Positions 1 through 9,255 of a stretch of DNA of 64,000 bases are shown in pieces. Origin of the DNA: Patescibacteria group bacterium (GTDB lineage: Bacteria > Patescibacteriota > Microgenomatia > UBA1400 > MFAQ01); assembly GCA_943355005.1 (NCBI GenBank), contig CALRDV010000004.1, positions 7,898 through 71,897 on the forward strand, read 5' to 3'. Made by a program: the position numbers and the translations under genes. The notes under the pieces are model-generated. The model ran no database searches and was not told the DNA's origin. It saw only the letters and a program-made list of their open reading frames with translations. Each line of letters opens with the position of its first letter. Positions within the stretch are counted from its first letter, which is position 1.

Positions 1-665
1 CAGAAAAAGTTATTGCGTCCGGAGAGGTTAATCTTCCCTGTATTATTCATGCAGGAGGTGAAGTGTGGAATTTAGGTGGAGAAATGATTAAATCGTTTCC
101 CATTAATATTGAGACAAGAAAACTTCTTGCAAAACTCATACTGGAGAATAAGGACTCTATTGACCTGGCTAGATTTTATCCGGAAGGAGACAGAAAAGTT
201 TGGATTTATGTCGCTAACGATGAACTTGAAGAAAAGTTTAGCAAGCTATATCTGCCAACAAACTCTTTTGGAAAACTAACCAGATCAATAGACGAGTACC
301 TAGAGTGGTTTGTAAACACAAGCACCACCAACACTACCATTCGAACAAAAGAAAAGACAATACTACCTATTTCAAGTGAATTAGCAGATGCCGTGGAATT
401 CGACAACTCGGCAAAAAATGACTACTTTATCACCGCAAAGGGAGTCAAAAAGGTTACAACCTTACTATGGCTATGTGAATATTTAGGCTTGGATCCTAAG
501 GATGTGCTTACAGCCGGAGATAGCTTAGCAACCGACTCAGAAGTGTTTAAGCACACAATTGGTATCTCTGTCGGTCCGGAATTACTTCCACACGCTAAGA
601 TGAGTGCTCAGTCAATAGATGAGTTAGTAGTTTTGTTAGATAATATTTATAATGCTAATGACTAA
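1..665 (+). CDS. HAD-IIB (Cof-type) phosphatase, 5'-truncated by window edge
   Basis: The reading frame is open from nt 3 to the stop at 663-665. The C-terminal GDSLATD motif is a GDxxND-like HAD motif IV, and the sequence resembles Cof/sucrose-phosphatase-like hydrolases. The ORF-track Met at nt 63 is probably internal. Confidence 0.5.
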   Translation, partial: EKVIASGEVNLPCIIHAGGEVWNLGGEMIKSFPINIETRKLLAKLILENKDSIDLARFYPEGDRKVWIYVANDELEEKFSKLYLPTNSFGKLTRSIDEYLEWFVNTSTTNTTIRTKEKTILPISSELADAVEFDNSAKNDYFITAKGVKKVTTLLWLCEYLGLDPKDVLTAGDSLATDSEVFKHTIGISVGPELLPHAKMSAQSIDELVVLLDNIYNAND

Positions 666-1581
666 AGGATTTGGTGTCTCATCTGTCCACACACTCTCTG
701 TAAATAAGGATGGTGATTATATTGACTTATACACAGGGGAGAATATGAATATTATTGCAAAGAAGTACAGCCTGATGAAATTTGGCAGTGTTGCTGAAAT
801 TAACGAGGCATCTGATGAGATTTATCGTCAATTCGTTAAAAACATTGAAGAGTACCTTCCTTTTTTAGAAGAAGTCAAAAAAAAAGGTGAGTATATCGCT
901 ATAGCCGCTCCTGGCTACAGAAATGTAGAGTCAGCCTCTAATGCCATTATAGATAAGGCAATTAAGAGAATTAACATAGTTCTTTCGATGAGAGAATTAC
1001 CTACCATAATAGTCGTAAAGCTTCCGAGACTTGAATCAAATAAGGCTAATTACGCTACTCTATCTTCAGATGAAAGACACTCTTTACCTCCATCAACAGA
1101 TCAAATCATGCCCGGTAGGGAGTTTTTTCAGTTCCCGATTCACTTTATTTTTGGGGATGATATTAAAATTACTGGTGCTACAGCGAATGGGGCCAAAAAA
1201 GCTACCGAGCATTTTGGAGGAAAATCTTTTTCTGAGATGTACTGGGTTGCTTTAGATCCCATGCTTACCTCGAAGTATCCAGGCATTGAGGATAAAATTA
1301 ACCAAGCCCATATAAAAGATGAATTAAATGAGGATATAAAATATATCCTTGATCAAAATGACTTCCAGCCCGTACAAAGACTTATTCGACTCATATTAAA
1401 CGAGAAGAATCGTCCCAGACTTGCCAGCTTCCTAGAGAAAGTGCCAGATAGTAGCCTTTCTAAGCTTTTCATTTCTGCTCATAACAACGACTATCCAAAG
1501 AATATACTTTATTCTGAGTCCGTTTCTATTCTCAATGGAGAGATGAAGGTCCGTGGTTTAATGTCTGAAGAAGTGATCTAG
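652..1581 (+). CDS. Hypothetical protein with type-I phosphoribosyltransferase-like PRPP-binding motif
   Basis: 309-aa ORF. The motif IHFIFGDDIKITGATANGA matches the hydrophobic-DD-small-residue PRTase signature. The N-terminal roughly 150 aa are unrecognised. Confidence 0.4.
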   Translation: MLMTKGFGVSSVHTLSVNKDGDYIDLYTGENMNIIAKKYSLMKFGSVAEINEASDEIYRQFVKNIEEYLPFLEEVKKKGEYIAIAAPGYRNVESASNAIIDKAIKRINIVLSMRELPTIIVVKLPRLESNKANYATLSSDERHSLPPSTDQIMPGREFFQFPIHFIFGDDIKITGATANGAKKATEHFGGKSFSEMYWVALDPMLTSKYPGIEDKINQAHIKDELNEDIKYILDQNDFQPVQRLIRLILNEKNRPRLASFLEKVPDSSLSKLFISAHNNDYPKNILYSESVSILNGEMKVRGLMSEEVI

Positions 1582-1592
1582 AATCACTCAAA

Positions 1593-2351
1593 TTACCTTA
1601 CTAAATCTCTTATTAGTCCAATTCTTTCGGCTTCAATACCTTCCTTGGATGTAAGCTGAACTGCCTTTAAACCGGCAGACTTAGCTCCTAGATAATCGGC
1701 CTTGTAATTATCCCCTACATGTAAGATCATCGAACCATCTATGCCACTTTTCTCTACTAATGCCACAAAAATTAGTTTATTTGGTTTTGATACTCCAATT
1801 TCGTTGGAAAACAATTGAATACTGATAAATGGAAGAATACCAAGCTGTTCGAGAACTAGCCTCATTTGTCTACCACTGATAAAGCCTGTATTACTCATCA
1901 CAGCCATTTTTACACCCTTACTCTCAATGGCTGACAATGTTTTTAGAATGTCAGTTTCCAATATTGAAGGCAAATTTTGGACAATTAATAAATCTGCTAT
2001 TTCCTCAAATGCATTTACGTGTTCTTGTGTTAACTCAGGGAGTCTATGATCAATCGGTAAAGCCTCATAAACCTTTCGAACTCTTTCGGGGAGGCCAAAC
2101 TGTTCACCAGTAACATCCGATAATGCGTCAATCTCCTCATCTACCTTTTTCATCAGATCAGCAAAACCTTCCAAATTAACCGCCTCTGATCCTAAATGTT
2201 TACGCAGAGCTTCAGCTCTTGCTGTCTTATATGCAGGATTGCTAAGGAGTAATGTCTGCCAGATGTCAAAACTGACCAGTTTTATACCTTCTAGGTGGTT
2301 GACTTCTTTTTCCATGAGCTCAAGTATACTACGAAAGAAGCGATTAGTCAA
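1593..2351 (-). CDS. HAD-superfamily hydrolase, subfamily IA-like
   Basis: Motif I is VSFDIWQTL, a DxDxT variant. Ser/Asn, Lys and GDNYKAD (GDxxxD, motif IV) follow in the canonical order. 252 aa. Confidence 0.6.
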   Translation of the reverse strand: MTNRFFRSILELMEKEVNHLEGIKLVSFDIWQTLLLSNPAYKTARAEALRKHLGSEAVNLEGFADLMKKVDEEIDALSDVTGEQFGLPERVRKVYEALPIDHRLPELTQEHVNAFEEIADLLIVQNLPSILETDILKTLSAIESKGVKMAVMSNTGFISGRQMRLVLEQLGILPFISIQLFSNEIGVSKPNKLIFVALVEKSGIDGSMILHVGDNYKADYLGAKSAGLKAVQLTSKEGIEAERIGLIRDLVR

Positions 2352-2385
2352 GTGTTATGGGTTATTTCGTGCCTGACTTATAGTG

Positions 2386-2414
2386 TTGACACAGGCATAA
2401 AACAGCCTTATAAT
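2386..2414 (+). promoter_or_regulatory. Consensus sigma-70 promoter for the P-type ATPase
   Basis: TTGACA (2386-2391), an exact 17-nt spacer, then TATAAT (2409-2414). This leaves a leader of about 130 nt before the ATG at 2552. Confidence 0.55.
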
Positions 2415-2451
2415 ATCGAATGAGTTAAATCTCGTGTCCTTTGACAAGCCT

Positions 2452-2498
2452 GACCTAAGCACAAAGCCGATCTTTTTGGCCGGTTTTGTGCTTAGGTC
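2452..2498 (+). promoter_or_regulatory. Long perfect stem-loop in the ATPase 5' leader
   Basis: GACCTAAGCACAAA at 2452-2465 is the exact reverse complement of TTTGTGCTTAGGTC at 2485-2498. That gives a 14-bp stem with a 19-nt loop. No U-tract follows it. Confidence 0.45.
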
Positions 2499-2551
2499 GG
2501 AAATGATCCTAAATTGACCACAGCAAAATCTGACTGATAGGAGTGTGAAAC

Positions 2552-5311
2552 ATGGCAGACTTGCCAAAAGGGCCAAATCAGCCCTCAATTAAACAGCCTT
2601 GGGCTCAAACCCCACACAGTGTTTTTAAACAACTGGATTCGAATCCAGCAGGTTTAAGCACTAAAGAGGCTGAACTTCGTCTGACCCAGTATGGGCAAAA
2701 CGCCTTACCTGAGAATGACGAAAAGACTACCTGGTGGGGTACCGTGAAAGAGACATTCGCTGAGAAGCTTCCGTTGATGCTTTTGGTATCGGCGATCATT
2801 TCAGCGATCCTCGGATTGTTAATGAAAGAACCTGATCGATTCAAGGACTTCATGTCTCTGTCCGTAATTCTCCTGTCTATGGCTATTGCCAACTACTTAA
2901 TGGGCAAAAACACAGACAAAGGCCTGGCTTCGCTCAAAAAGACATTGCAGAAAGCTATCAGGGTATATCGTGACGGCATAATCATCAAGTTACCTGTAAC
3001 ACAACTTGTTGTTGGTGACGTCATCTTTCTTTCTGAAGGTGATCTGATTCCTGCAGATGGCCGCATTATCGAAGCCACAAACGCGTCTGTAAATGAAGCC
3101 GTTTTGACTGGTGAGTCCGATGCTGTTGACAAAAGCGTTGTCCAGATCTCACACGAAGCCGAGCTTGCACGCAGATCGAATATGATCTTCATGAATACGT
3201 TTGTGAGTTCAGGAACGATCGTGGCTGTATTAACTGCCACAGCTCTTCAAACGGAAATGGGCAAAATCGCGACTGAAATCGAGAAAGCTGAAGAAACCAA
3301 GACTCCGCTGCAAAAACAGTTGGACGTACTTGGAATTGTTCTGTTGAATGCCACGCTCGTTGTCTGTGCTCTCGTTGCCGCGTTTTTCTTGTGGCGGGCT
3401 TACCCAATCTTTGTGGCAACCTACCAATACATCCAGGCCCATGGTCTGGCTGCATCAGGTGCCCAGATTGCTGAAAGCCTCACTGTTATTGCCGACATCT
3501 TCACTGTATCGGTTTCACTTGCCATTGCCTTCATCCCCGAAGCTTTGAGCGCAGTAATCATTCTTGCTCTGGCTATCGGCGTTGCTGAAATGGTAAAAGA
3601 AGGTGCAATTGTCAAAAACCCGAAAGGTGCCGAAGCGCTTGGTTCCGTCACGATTTTCAACTCTGACAAAACCGGTACTTTAACCAAGGGTGAAATGGCC
3701 ATCGTGTCTTTCTGGACTCCTAAAAATGGTGACGTAAGTGCCGAGACTGTCCTAAACGGTAACGGCCAGTTTGCTGCCATGAAAGAAGTCATGGCATTCT
3801 GTAACGATTTACACGATGCGACTGAACGTGCTCTGGCAGAATTTGTGGCTAGTGCTGGTTTCATAATCGGTGAAGCCACAATTAAAGATCGCAAACTGAC
3901 AATTCCTTTTACTTCTACTCGTAAACGCATGTCAGTAATCTTCGGAAACGGAACCCTGAAAATGTTAACCAAGGGTGCTCCTGAAGTTGTCTTGGAACTG
4001 TGTAGCGATCTACAGGGTGAAAGCCTTGAATCCATACAATTCATTGTAGACAGTCTGTCAGACGAGGGATATCGTGTATTGGCTTTGGCGGAACGAAATG
4101 CCGAAAGCGTGTCAGATGTCAGCGAAAGCGGTTTGACATTCCTTGGCTTGGTTGCCTTGATGGACCCACCTCGCCCTGAAGTGGTTGAAACCATTGCAAC
4201 GATCAAGATTGCCGGGGTTACCCCAGTGATGATCACAGGTGACAATGGAAGAACCGCTCAAACGATCGCCCGTCAGGTCGGTATACTTGACTCCGACAGC
4301 AAGGAAGATCAATTGATGTCTGGTCAGCAGCTAAACTCTGCGATCGGAAATCGTGCTTTTGAAAAAGTCGAAGATATCAAGAAAATGGTCAGCGCGAAAG
4401 TGCTCGAGCAAATCGCCAATGTCAGAGTTTTCTATCGCGTCTCACCGACCGACAAGAAAATTATCGTCATGTGCCAGCAAGCGCTCGGCAACATTGTCGC
4501 CATGACTGGTGATGGTGTCAATGACGCTCCTGCTTTAAAACAGGCGGATATCGGCGTTGCCATGGGCGACCGCGCTACTGAAGTCACAAAAGATGTCTCA
4601 GACATGATCCTGACCAAGGGTTATGCTGCCATCGCTCCTGCTATTCGCGTCGGCCGGACAATATTGATGCGAACCCGCCTCTACACTCACGCTCTTTTGA
4701 GCACAAATATGAGTGAGGTTGGTATTTTCATCTACGCCGCAGTCGTTGGTTGGTTGCCACCTTTGACATCTGTAATGCTTCTGGTAATCAACTTCCTTGG
4801 TGATGGTTGGCTCTCAATTGCTCTAGCCACAGAACCCTCGGAAAAAGACGTGATGACCCAAAAGCCTCGCCCCAGCACCGAAGCCGTAATTACGCCTTAC
4901 ATGTGGACCAGTATCGCCCTTCAAGGCGTTTTGGTTACCATTATCTTGGCGTACGTATTCAATTTTGCTGGAGTCTATGCCAACAACTTAGGCTTGGAAG
5001 GTACTAACGCGCTCAAGTTCCAACAGAGTCTGACCTTTGCCGCTTTCTTGGTCCAGAAAGTCGCCCGCTCAAGCTTTACCGCCCGTTCCCTCAAGTACAA
5101 TATTTGGGAATTTGGCTTCTTCACGAACAAATGGACACTGTTGGCAGGATTTACGACCGCCGTGATGGGTATCAGTTTCTTGGAAATCGGACCTTTGTCC
5201 AACTTCCTTGGAATGGTTTCTATTCCTGCAGGATTATGGCCGATGATATTAGGTCTCGGCATGATTCCGCCAGTCCTCGAAGAGGTGGTCAAGTTCGTTC
5301 GCCGGAAATAG
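2552..5311 (+). CDS. Cation-transporting P-type ATPase (type II, Ca2+/Mg2+-ATPase-like)
   Basis: 919 aa. It has the DKTGTLT phosphorylation motif, the MITGDN and GDGVNDAPALKQADIGVAMG hinge motifs, an N-terminal cation-ATPase domain and about 10 TM segments. GC content is clearly higher than in flanking genes. Confidence 0.9.
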   Translation: MADLPKGPNQPSIKQPWAQTPHSVFKQLDSNPAGLSTKEAELRLTQYGQNALPENDEKTTWWGTVKETFAEKLPLMLLVSAIISAILGLLMKEPDRFKDFMSLSVILLSMAIANYLMGKNTDKGLASLKKTLQKAIRVYRDGIIIKLPVTQLVVGDVIFLSEGDLIPADGRIIEATNASVNEAVLTGESDAVDKSVVQISHEAELARRSNMIFMNTFVSSGTIVAVLTATALQTEMGKIATEIEKAEETKTPLQKQLDVLGIVLLNATLVVCALVAAFFLWRAYPIFVATYQYIQAHGLAASGAQIAESLTVIADIFTVSVSLAIAFIPEALSAVIILALAIGVAEMVKEGAIVKNPKGAEALGSVTIFNSDKTGTLTKGEMAIVSFWTPKNGDVSAETVLNGNGQFAAMKEVMAFCNDLHDATERALAEFVASAGFIIGEATIKDRKLTIPFTSTRKRMSVIFGNGTLKMLTKGAPEVVLELCSDLQGESLESIQFIVDSLSDEGYRVLALAERNAESVSDVSESGLTFLGLVALMDPPRPEVVETIATIKIAGVTPVMITGDNGRTAQTIARQVGILDSDSKEDQLMSGQQLNSAIGNRAFEKVEDIKKMVSAKVLEQIANVRVFYRVSPTDKKIIVMCQQALGNIVAMTGDGVNDAPALKQADIGVAMGDRATEVTKDVSDMILTKGYAAIAPAIRVGRTILMRTRLYTHALLSTNMSEVGIFIYAAVVGWLPPLTSVMLLVINFLGDGWLSIALATEPSEKDVMTQKPRPSTEAVITPYMWTSIALQGVLVTIILAYVFNFAGVYANNLGLEGTNALKFQQSLTFAAFLVQKVARSSFTARSLKYNIWEFGFFTNKWTLLAGFTTAVMGISFLEIGPLSNFLGMVSIPAGLWPMILGLGMIPPVLEEVVKFVRRK

Positions 5312-5320
5312 TTTCACTTA

Positions 5321-5351
5321 GCCCTGTGTGTTTATCACACAGGGCTTTTTT
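5321..5351 (+). terminator. Rho-independent terminator (usable on both strands)
   Basis: GCCCTGTGTG pairs with CACACAGGGC across a short loop and is followed by TTTTTTGT. It lies between the convergent ATPase and ruvC genes. Confidence 0.6.
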
Positions 5352-5356
5352 GTGGC

Positions 5357-5827
5357 TTAACGGACCTTGAAGGCGTGGGTGAGAGCGATAGCAACTGCGT
5401 CGGCGGCGTCGTCCGGCTTAATTTTCTCTTTGAGATGAAGAATTTTTCCGACCATGAACTCGACTTGAGTTTTGTCCGCCTTACCATAACCGGTCAAAGA
5501 CGATTTGACCTGTAAAGGAGTGTACTGAAAAGTCGGAATTTTGGCTTGAGCACCTTCCAAGAGGATGACACCTCTGGCCGCAGCAACATCAATGGCTGTT
5601 TTAGCGTTTTTTTCAAAAAAAAGTGTCTCTACACTTAACACGTCAGGTTTGTGCATCTTTATCAATTCTTTGAGAAAATCGCTGATTTTCAGCAATCTAT
5701 CCGGTAAATCTGAGTTTGCCCTGGTTTCGAAACAACCACAGTCCACAAAAGTATCAATTCCCTTCTCGTGGCTAACAATCCCCCATCCTAATCTGCCAGT
5801 TCCTGGATCTATGCCTAATATCTTCAT
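5357..5827 (-). CDS. ruvC: Crossover junction endodeoxyribonuclease RuvC
   Basis: The N-terminus MKILGIDPGTGRLGWGIV is the RuvC signature. 156 aa. Confidence 0.85.
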   Translation of the reverse strand: MKILGIDPGTGRLGWGIVSHEKGIDTFVDCGCFETRANSDLPDRLLKISDFLKELIKMHKPDVLSVETLFFEKNAKTAIDVAAARGVILLEGAQAKIPTFQYTPLQVKSSLTGYGKADKTQVEFMVGKILHLKEKIKPDDAADAVAIALTHAFKVR

Positions 5828-5909
5828 AACACCATTCTACACAAACAAAATTGATTTAGAGTTTTATTTTGAACCTATTAAATGATAAAATAAGCGTGTT
5901 GGTTTTTTT

Positions 5910-5983
5910 GGGTCAGTAGCTCAGTCGGTTAGAGCACCTGCCTTTTAAGCAGGGTGTCGTGGGTTCGAGTCCCACCTGACCCA
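5910..5983 (+). tRNA. tRNA-Lys (anticodon TTT)
   Basis: 74-nt cloverleaf. Acceptor GGGTCAG pairs with CTGACCC, the anticodon loop is CTTTTAA, and the T-loop is TTCGAGT. No CCA is encoded. Confidence 0.85.
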
Positions 5984-6138
5984 CTATTCCATGTACTATG
6001 GCCTTGTGCCAAAGTACATGAAATAATAGTAAGTGAGGACTCGAACGGGCACAGTCACGACGGTGACGAGCCAGGTCCGAACAAAACTTGACCAGATGTT
6101 TATGTGAGGCGAGTCCCAAGTTTTTAAATTAACATGTT

Positions 6139-6211
6139 GGCCCCGTCGTCTAGTGGTTAGGACGTCAGGTTTTCATCCTGAATATCGCGGGTTCGAGTCC
6201 CGCCGGGGTCA
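6139..6211 (+). tRNA. tRNA-Glu (anticodon TTC)
   Basis: 73-nt cloverleaf. Acceptor GGCCCCG pairs with CGGGGTC, the anticodon stem is TCAGG/CCTGA with loop TTTTCAT, and the T-loop is TTCGAGT. Confidence 0.85.
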
Positions 6212-6221
6212 CAATAAAAAG

Positions 6222-6246
6222 AAGCTGGCTAGTCCAGCTTTTTTTA
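6222..6246 (+). terminator. Rho-independent terminator after the tRNA pair
   Basis: AAGCTGG pairs with CCAGCTT and is followed by a T5 run. Confidence 0.55.
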
Positions 6247-6354
6247 TTGTAAATTTGCGGAAGTCGAACAAGGCGTAGCTGATCTTGTAACAAGCTCAGC
6301 GAGCCCGGTCCTGAGGCGAATGAAATTCGACCGAAGGCGACTCCCGCCGCTATA

Positions 6355-6370
6355 TCCCGCCGGGGTCACA
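6355..6370 (+). repeat. 16-nt exact direct repeat of the tRNA-Glu 3' end (att-like remnant)
   Basis: TCCCGCCGGGGTCACA at 6198-6213 spans the tRNA 3' end and two nucleotides beyond it. It recurs at 6355-6370. A further partial copy, GACTCCCGCC, lies at 6339-6348. Confidence 0.6.
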
Positions 6371-6372
6371 AA

Positions 6373-7041
6373 TTGAAAAGATCGGCATTGAATACCGAGT
6401 GTTACAATACTCAAATGACCGAAATTGATAATAAATTTTCTTCGTTTAGAGAAAGATGGAATGGTAGAGCATCCACATGGGACACAGAGATATTAATGCC
6501 TGAACATTACGCCAATTTTGAGGAAGGATATCGGAAATTCCTTGATTTTGAAATAGTTGTTTTAGATGCTTTTCCAAAAGCACTGGTAGGAATTGATCTT
6601 GGTTGTGGTACAGGAATAGCAGCAGAACCTTTGTCAAAAAAGGTCGAGCAATTATTTCTATTGGATGTTGCTGAACAAATGCTTAAAGAGGCAAAGAAAA
6701 AATATCCTAACGCTGATATTTTCCATGAATCAGCGACGGCGATTCCGCTTGATGATAATTCGGTTGATGTGGCCGTTAGCCGTGGGGTGTTGATTTCGCA
6801 CTTACCTCAAGGAGAGTACAAAAACTTTTTAAGTGAAGTTCATCGAATTCTTAGGCCTGGAGGATTGTTTGTTTTTGATTTCCTTAATAATCTTGAAACT
6901 GCCGATTTTCACCTATCATCTGAAAAAACAGTATTTACCAGACAAGGTATCTCTGAAGAACTTAAGGAACATGGTTTTGGTGACTTGGTGTTTGATGGCC
7001 TAGATACAAATAGAGTATTGAGGGTGGCAACTGTTAAATAA
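6373..7041 (+). CDS. Class I SAM-dependent methyltransferase
   Basis: Motif I is VGIDLGCGTG. Post-I acidic residues, LRPGGLFVF and the DVAVS motifs follow. 222 aa. Confidence 0.6.
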   Translation: MKRSALNTECYNTQMTEIDNKFSSFRERWNGRASTWDTEILMPEHYANFEEGYRKFLDFEIVVLDAFPKALVGIDLGCGTGIAAEPLSKKVEQLFLLDVAEQMLKEAKKKYPNADIFHESATAIPLDDNSVDVAVSRGVLISHLPQGEYKNFLSEVHRILRPGGLFVFDFLNNLETADFHLSSEKTVFTRQGISEELKEHGFGDLVFDGLDTNRVLRVATVK

Positions 7042-7174
7042 CTCCGAACATTTTTTATATATCGCAGATAAAATAGTCACGGATTGGTTCAGGTTTTGTA
7101 TACTTGGGGTCACAGTGAAAAATCCTTCGCTTGTCGAGGGATTTTTTATTGTCATGAGAGGATGGTAGTTCTGG

Positions 7175-8437
7175 TTAGGGTACTCTTTCTACTTTAAATT
7201 GATTTAGAGTCGCTGTGAGAATTCCTTGTCTCTCGAGAAGCAACTTTCTGAGATCTGCTTCGGTGGCTTTCTCGTCGACTTCTTTTAGCTTTACAAATTC
7301 GTATTTTGTTTCTGGGTTTTTCAAGGCATCCTCAGCAGCGGCAAGTGCCTCCTTCAGAACCTGTTCTATCGCCCCTTGAACTTTTTTAATTAAGTCCGGA
7401 TGAACTTTAATCCCCCACCCGGACTGGAGTTCGGTGAAGGTCTGTACTAGCCCAGCTACTCCATTTAGACCCCATTCAGGACGTAGGACCTTACCCCGAG
7501 ACCAGTTATCCTTTTTGTCTCCTCCGATTATTTGGATGGGTAGCTGGATATGTCTGCGGAAGAGGTCTACAAATCTATCTTGAAAGGCTTTATCGCTTTT
7601 TTCATCGTCCTTTATGCAAAGCTCCCCTTGCTCGTTGAAGCCAATGGAGTTTCCAAAAATATCTTCAAAATGAAAGATCATCCTGGCTCTTTCTACCGCT
7701 TTGTTTAAATTTTCTGGTTTGTCAGGTTCAAATTTTTCTTTAAGAGAATTGTGCTGTTCGGAAAAGGCTTTTTCACGCCAGATATCTTCGTGAAAGCCGG
7801 AAAGGCCGATAATGAACCGAACATCCTCTGCACTAAAAATTACTGTTTCTTTGTTTGAGGCAACGAAGCTTTTGCCTAAGAGGTGTTTGCCAATTATTTT
7901 TCTATAAATCACTTCATGATCAGAATCGATTTGGGCGTTCATGCTTCCCAAGAGTTTGGGAAGGTCGTGTGTGCTTCCGCTAAACTCCATTAACAATAAT
8001 TGCCTCTCGGTAAGAAGCTGGCCACGCTCGTGACTATTGAGATACTTAGATAGTCCGGAGGAAATAGATGTCACCGTCTGATTTACCTCGTCGAGGTGCT
8101 GGAATAGTTCGCCGGGCTTATATAGACCTTTCAAAAAAACTAAGTTAGCATTTTTAGATTCTAGGGCAATACCTAGAAAAAGAGCTTTAAGTCTCAAATC
8201 GTAACGATCAAATGATTCTTCTTTATCCAAAACCTCTAGCCCCCTCTCAAGGAGTCCAATATTAATTGCCATTTGCTCCCTGGCTTCGAAATTTTCTTTT
8301 ATGGAAATTAGCTTATCTATTCTCGTGGTAGGAGAATCTTCTGGGGAGTAGAAAATGCCATTTAAATAATCTGACTCTTTGAAGCCCAGAAATCTCGTTT
8401 CGTTCGGAATTAATTTTTCTCCATATTCAAAAGTCAT
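7175..8437 (-). CDS. Hypothetical protein (420 aa)
   Basis: Long uninterrupted ORF with coding-like composition. I recognise no motif. Confidence 0.45.
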   Translation of the reverse strand: MTFEYGEKLIPNETRFLGFKESDYLNGIFYSPEDSPTTRIDKLISIKENFEAREQMAINIGLLERGLEVLDKEESFDRYDLRLKALFLGIALESKNANLVFLKGLYKPGELFQHLDEVNQTVTSISSGLSKYLNSHERGQLLTERQLLLMEFSGSTHDLPKLLGSMNAQIDSDHEVIYRKIIGKHLLGKSFVASNKETVIFSAEDVRFIIGLSGFHEDIWREKAFSEQHNSLKEKFEPDKPENLNKAVERARMIFHFEDIFGNSIGFNEQGELCIKDDEKSDKAFQDRFVDLFRRHIQLPIQIIGGDKKDNWSRGKVLRPEWGLNGVAGLVQTFTELQSGWGIKVHPDLIKKVQGAIEQVLKEALAAAEDALKNPETKYEFVKLKEVDEKATEADLRKLLLERQGILTATLNQFKVERVP

Positions 8438-8485
8438 ATATCAAAGGAAATTTTATCACCTACAGACCCAAGCTCCACTTACAAA

Positions 8486-8510
8486 AACCTCCCCGAAAGG
8501 GGAGGTTTTG
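8486..8510. terminator. Bidirectional hairpin terminator
   Basis: AACCTCCCC pairs with GGGGAGGTT across a GAAA loop, with A/T runs on both sides. Confidence 0.5.
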
Positions 8511-8547
8511 AGAGCTTAAAACTTGAATATTATTCTTGATCGATAAG

Positions 8548-9255
8548 TTACTTAAAATTCTCCCGATATATTTGATCAGAAACATATGACATACAGCACC
8601 TAACACGTATCTTTTCTAAGTGTATCCAATCAAATCCTCCAGTTTTGACTAAACCGTAATCAGCTGGAAAATTATTAGGACAGCCATCTTTTTTGTTTAT
8701 GGCCTTAACCGAGTACCCATCTTCTATTTTCAAACCAAGTGCATTTAGGCATGCCGTATGAGGAGGAATTGCTTTCTTGTTAATTGTTTTAACCGGGGCG
8801 GCTGAAGGATTTCCCCCACCAAAATTAGCTTGAGTGGTTGGAGTGGGGGTGGAGTTATTTGTGGGAATAGAGGTGGGAACCGCCAATTGAGTGTTCGAGG
8901 TGGGTCTTGCTGTGGGAGCAGTGGAAACTACAGAAGCAGGATTGTAAGTAGTTCCTGTTGGGTTGGCTGCGGGCTTGGATGTGACGTTTGTTTTTGGTGC
9001 TGGTGCTGCAGTTGGTTTATATGGAGTTGGTGACTTCGTGGGGGCAGGTGTTGTTCTGGTGGTATATGGATCTGATTGAACCATTGCATATCTGTTGGTT
9101 CCGAGAACATTGCCACGGGCTTTAGCGGAGTAGCTAAGTCCGGAGCCGACGACTGCCATCAGGAGGGCGAACATTCCCAGCTGTCTAGCGAGAGGTGAGA
9201 AAGGTGAACCTTTAGTAAATCTCTTGTTTGAGCGGGCAGCCGTGGGTTTCTTCAT
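8548..9255 (-). CDS. Secreted/membrane-anchored Pro-Thr-rich protein with C-terminal Cys-containing domain
   Basis: The likely start is MKKPTAARS... at 9255, followed by a hydrophobic anchor. The protein has a long PT/PA-rich low-complexity linker and a C-terminal domain with 4 Cys. Confidence 0.5.
   Translation of the reverse strand: MKKPTAARSNKRFTKGSPFSPLARQLGMFALLMAVVGSGLSYSAKARGNVLGTNRYAMVQSDPYTTRTTPAPTKSPTPYKPTAAPAPKTNVTSKPAANPTGTTYNPASVVSTAPTARPTSNTQLAVPTSIPTNNSTPTPTTQANFGGGNPSAAPVKTINKKAIPPHTACLNALGLKIEDGYSVKAINKKDGCPNNFPADYGLVKTGGFDWIHLEKIRVRCCMSYVSDQIYRENFK

Noticed and set aside
2355-2588. 77-aa minus-strand ORF upstream of the ATPase
   Set aside because: It covers the consensus promoter and leader hairpin of the ATPase and is not coding.
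2605-5292. Many 60-275-aa antisense or out-of-frame ORFs inside the P-type ATPase gene, for example 3421-4245 minus
   Set aside because: They are artefacts of the high-GC coding region. None has motifs or start context.
5990-6020. Hairpin CATGTACT...AGTACATG between tRNA-Lys and tRNA-Glu
   Set aside because: It is probably a processing or spacer structure of the tRNA precursor. No independent feature is supportable.
5913-6119. 68-aa minus-strand ORF overlapping tRNA-Lys and the inter-tRNA spacer
   Set aside because: It overlaps a confidently folded tRNA and is not coding.
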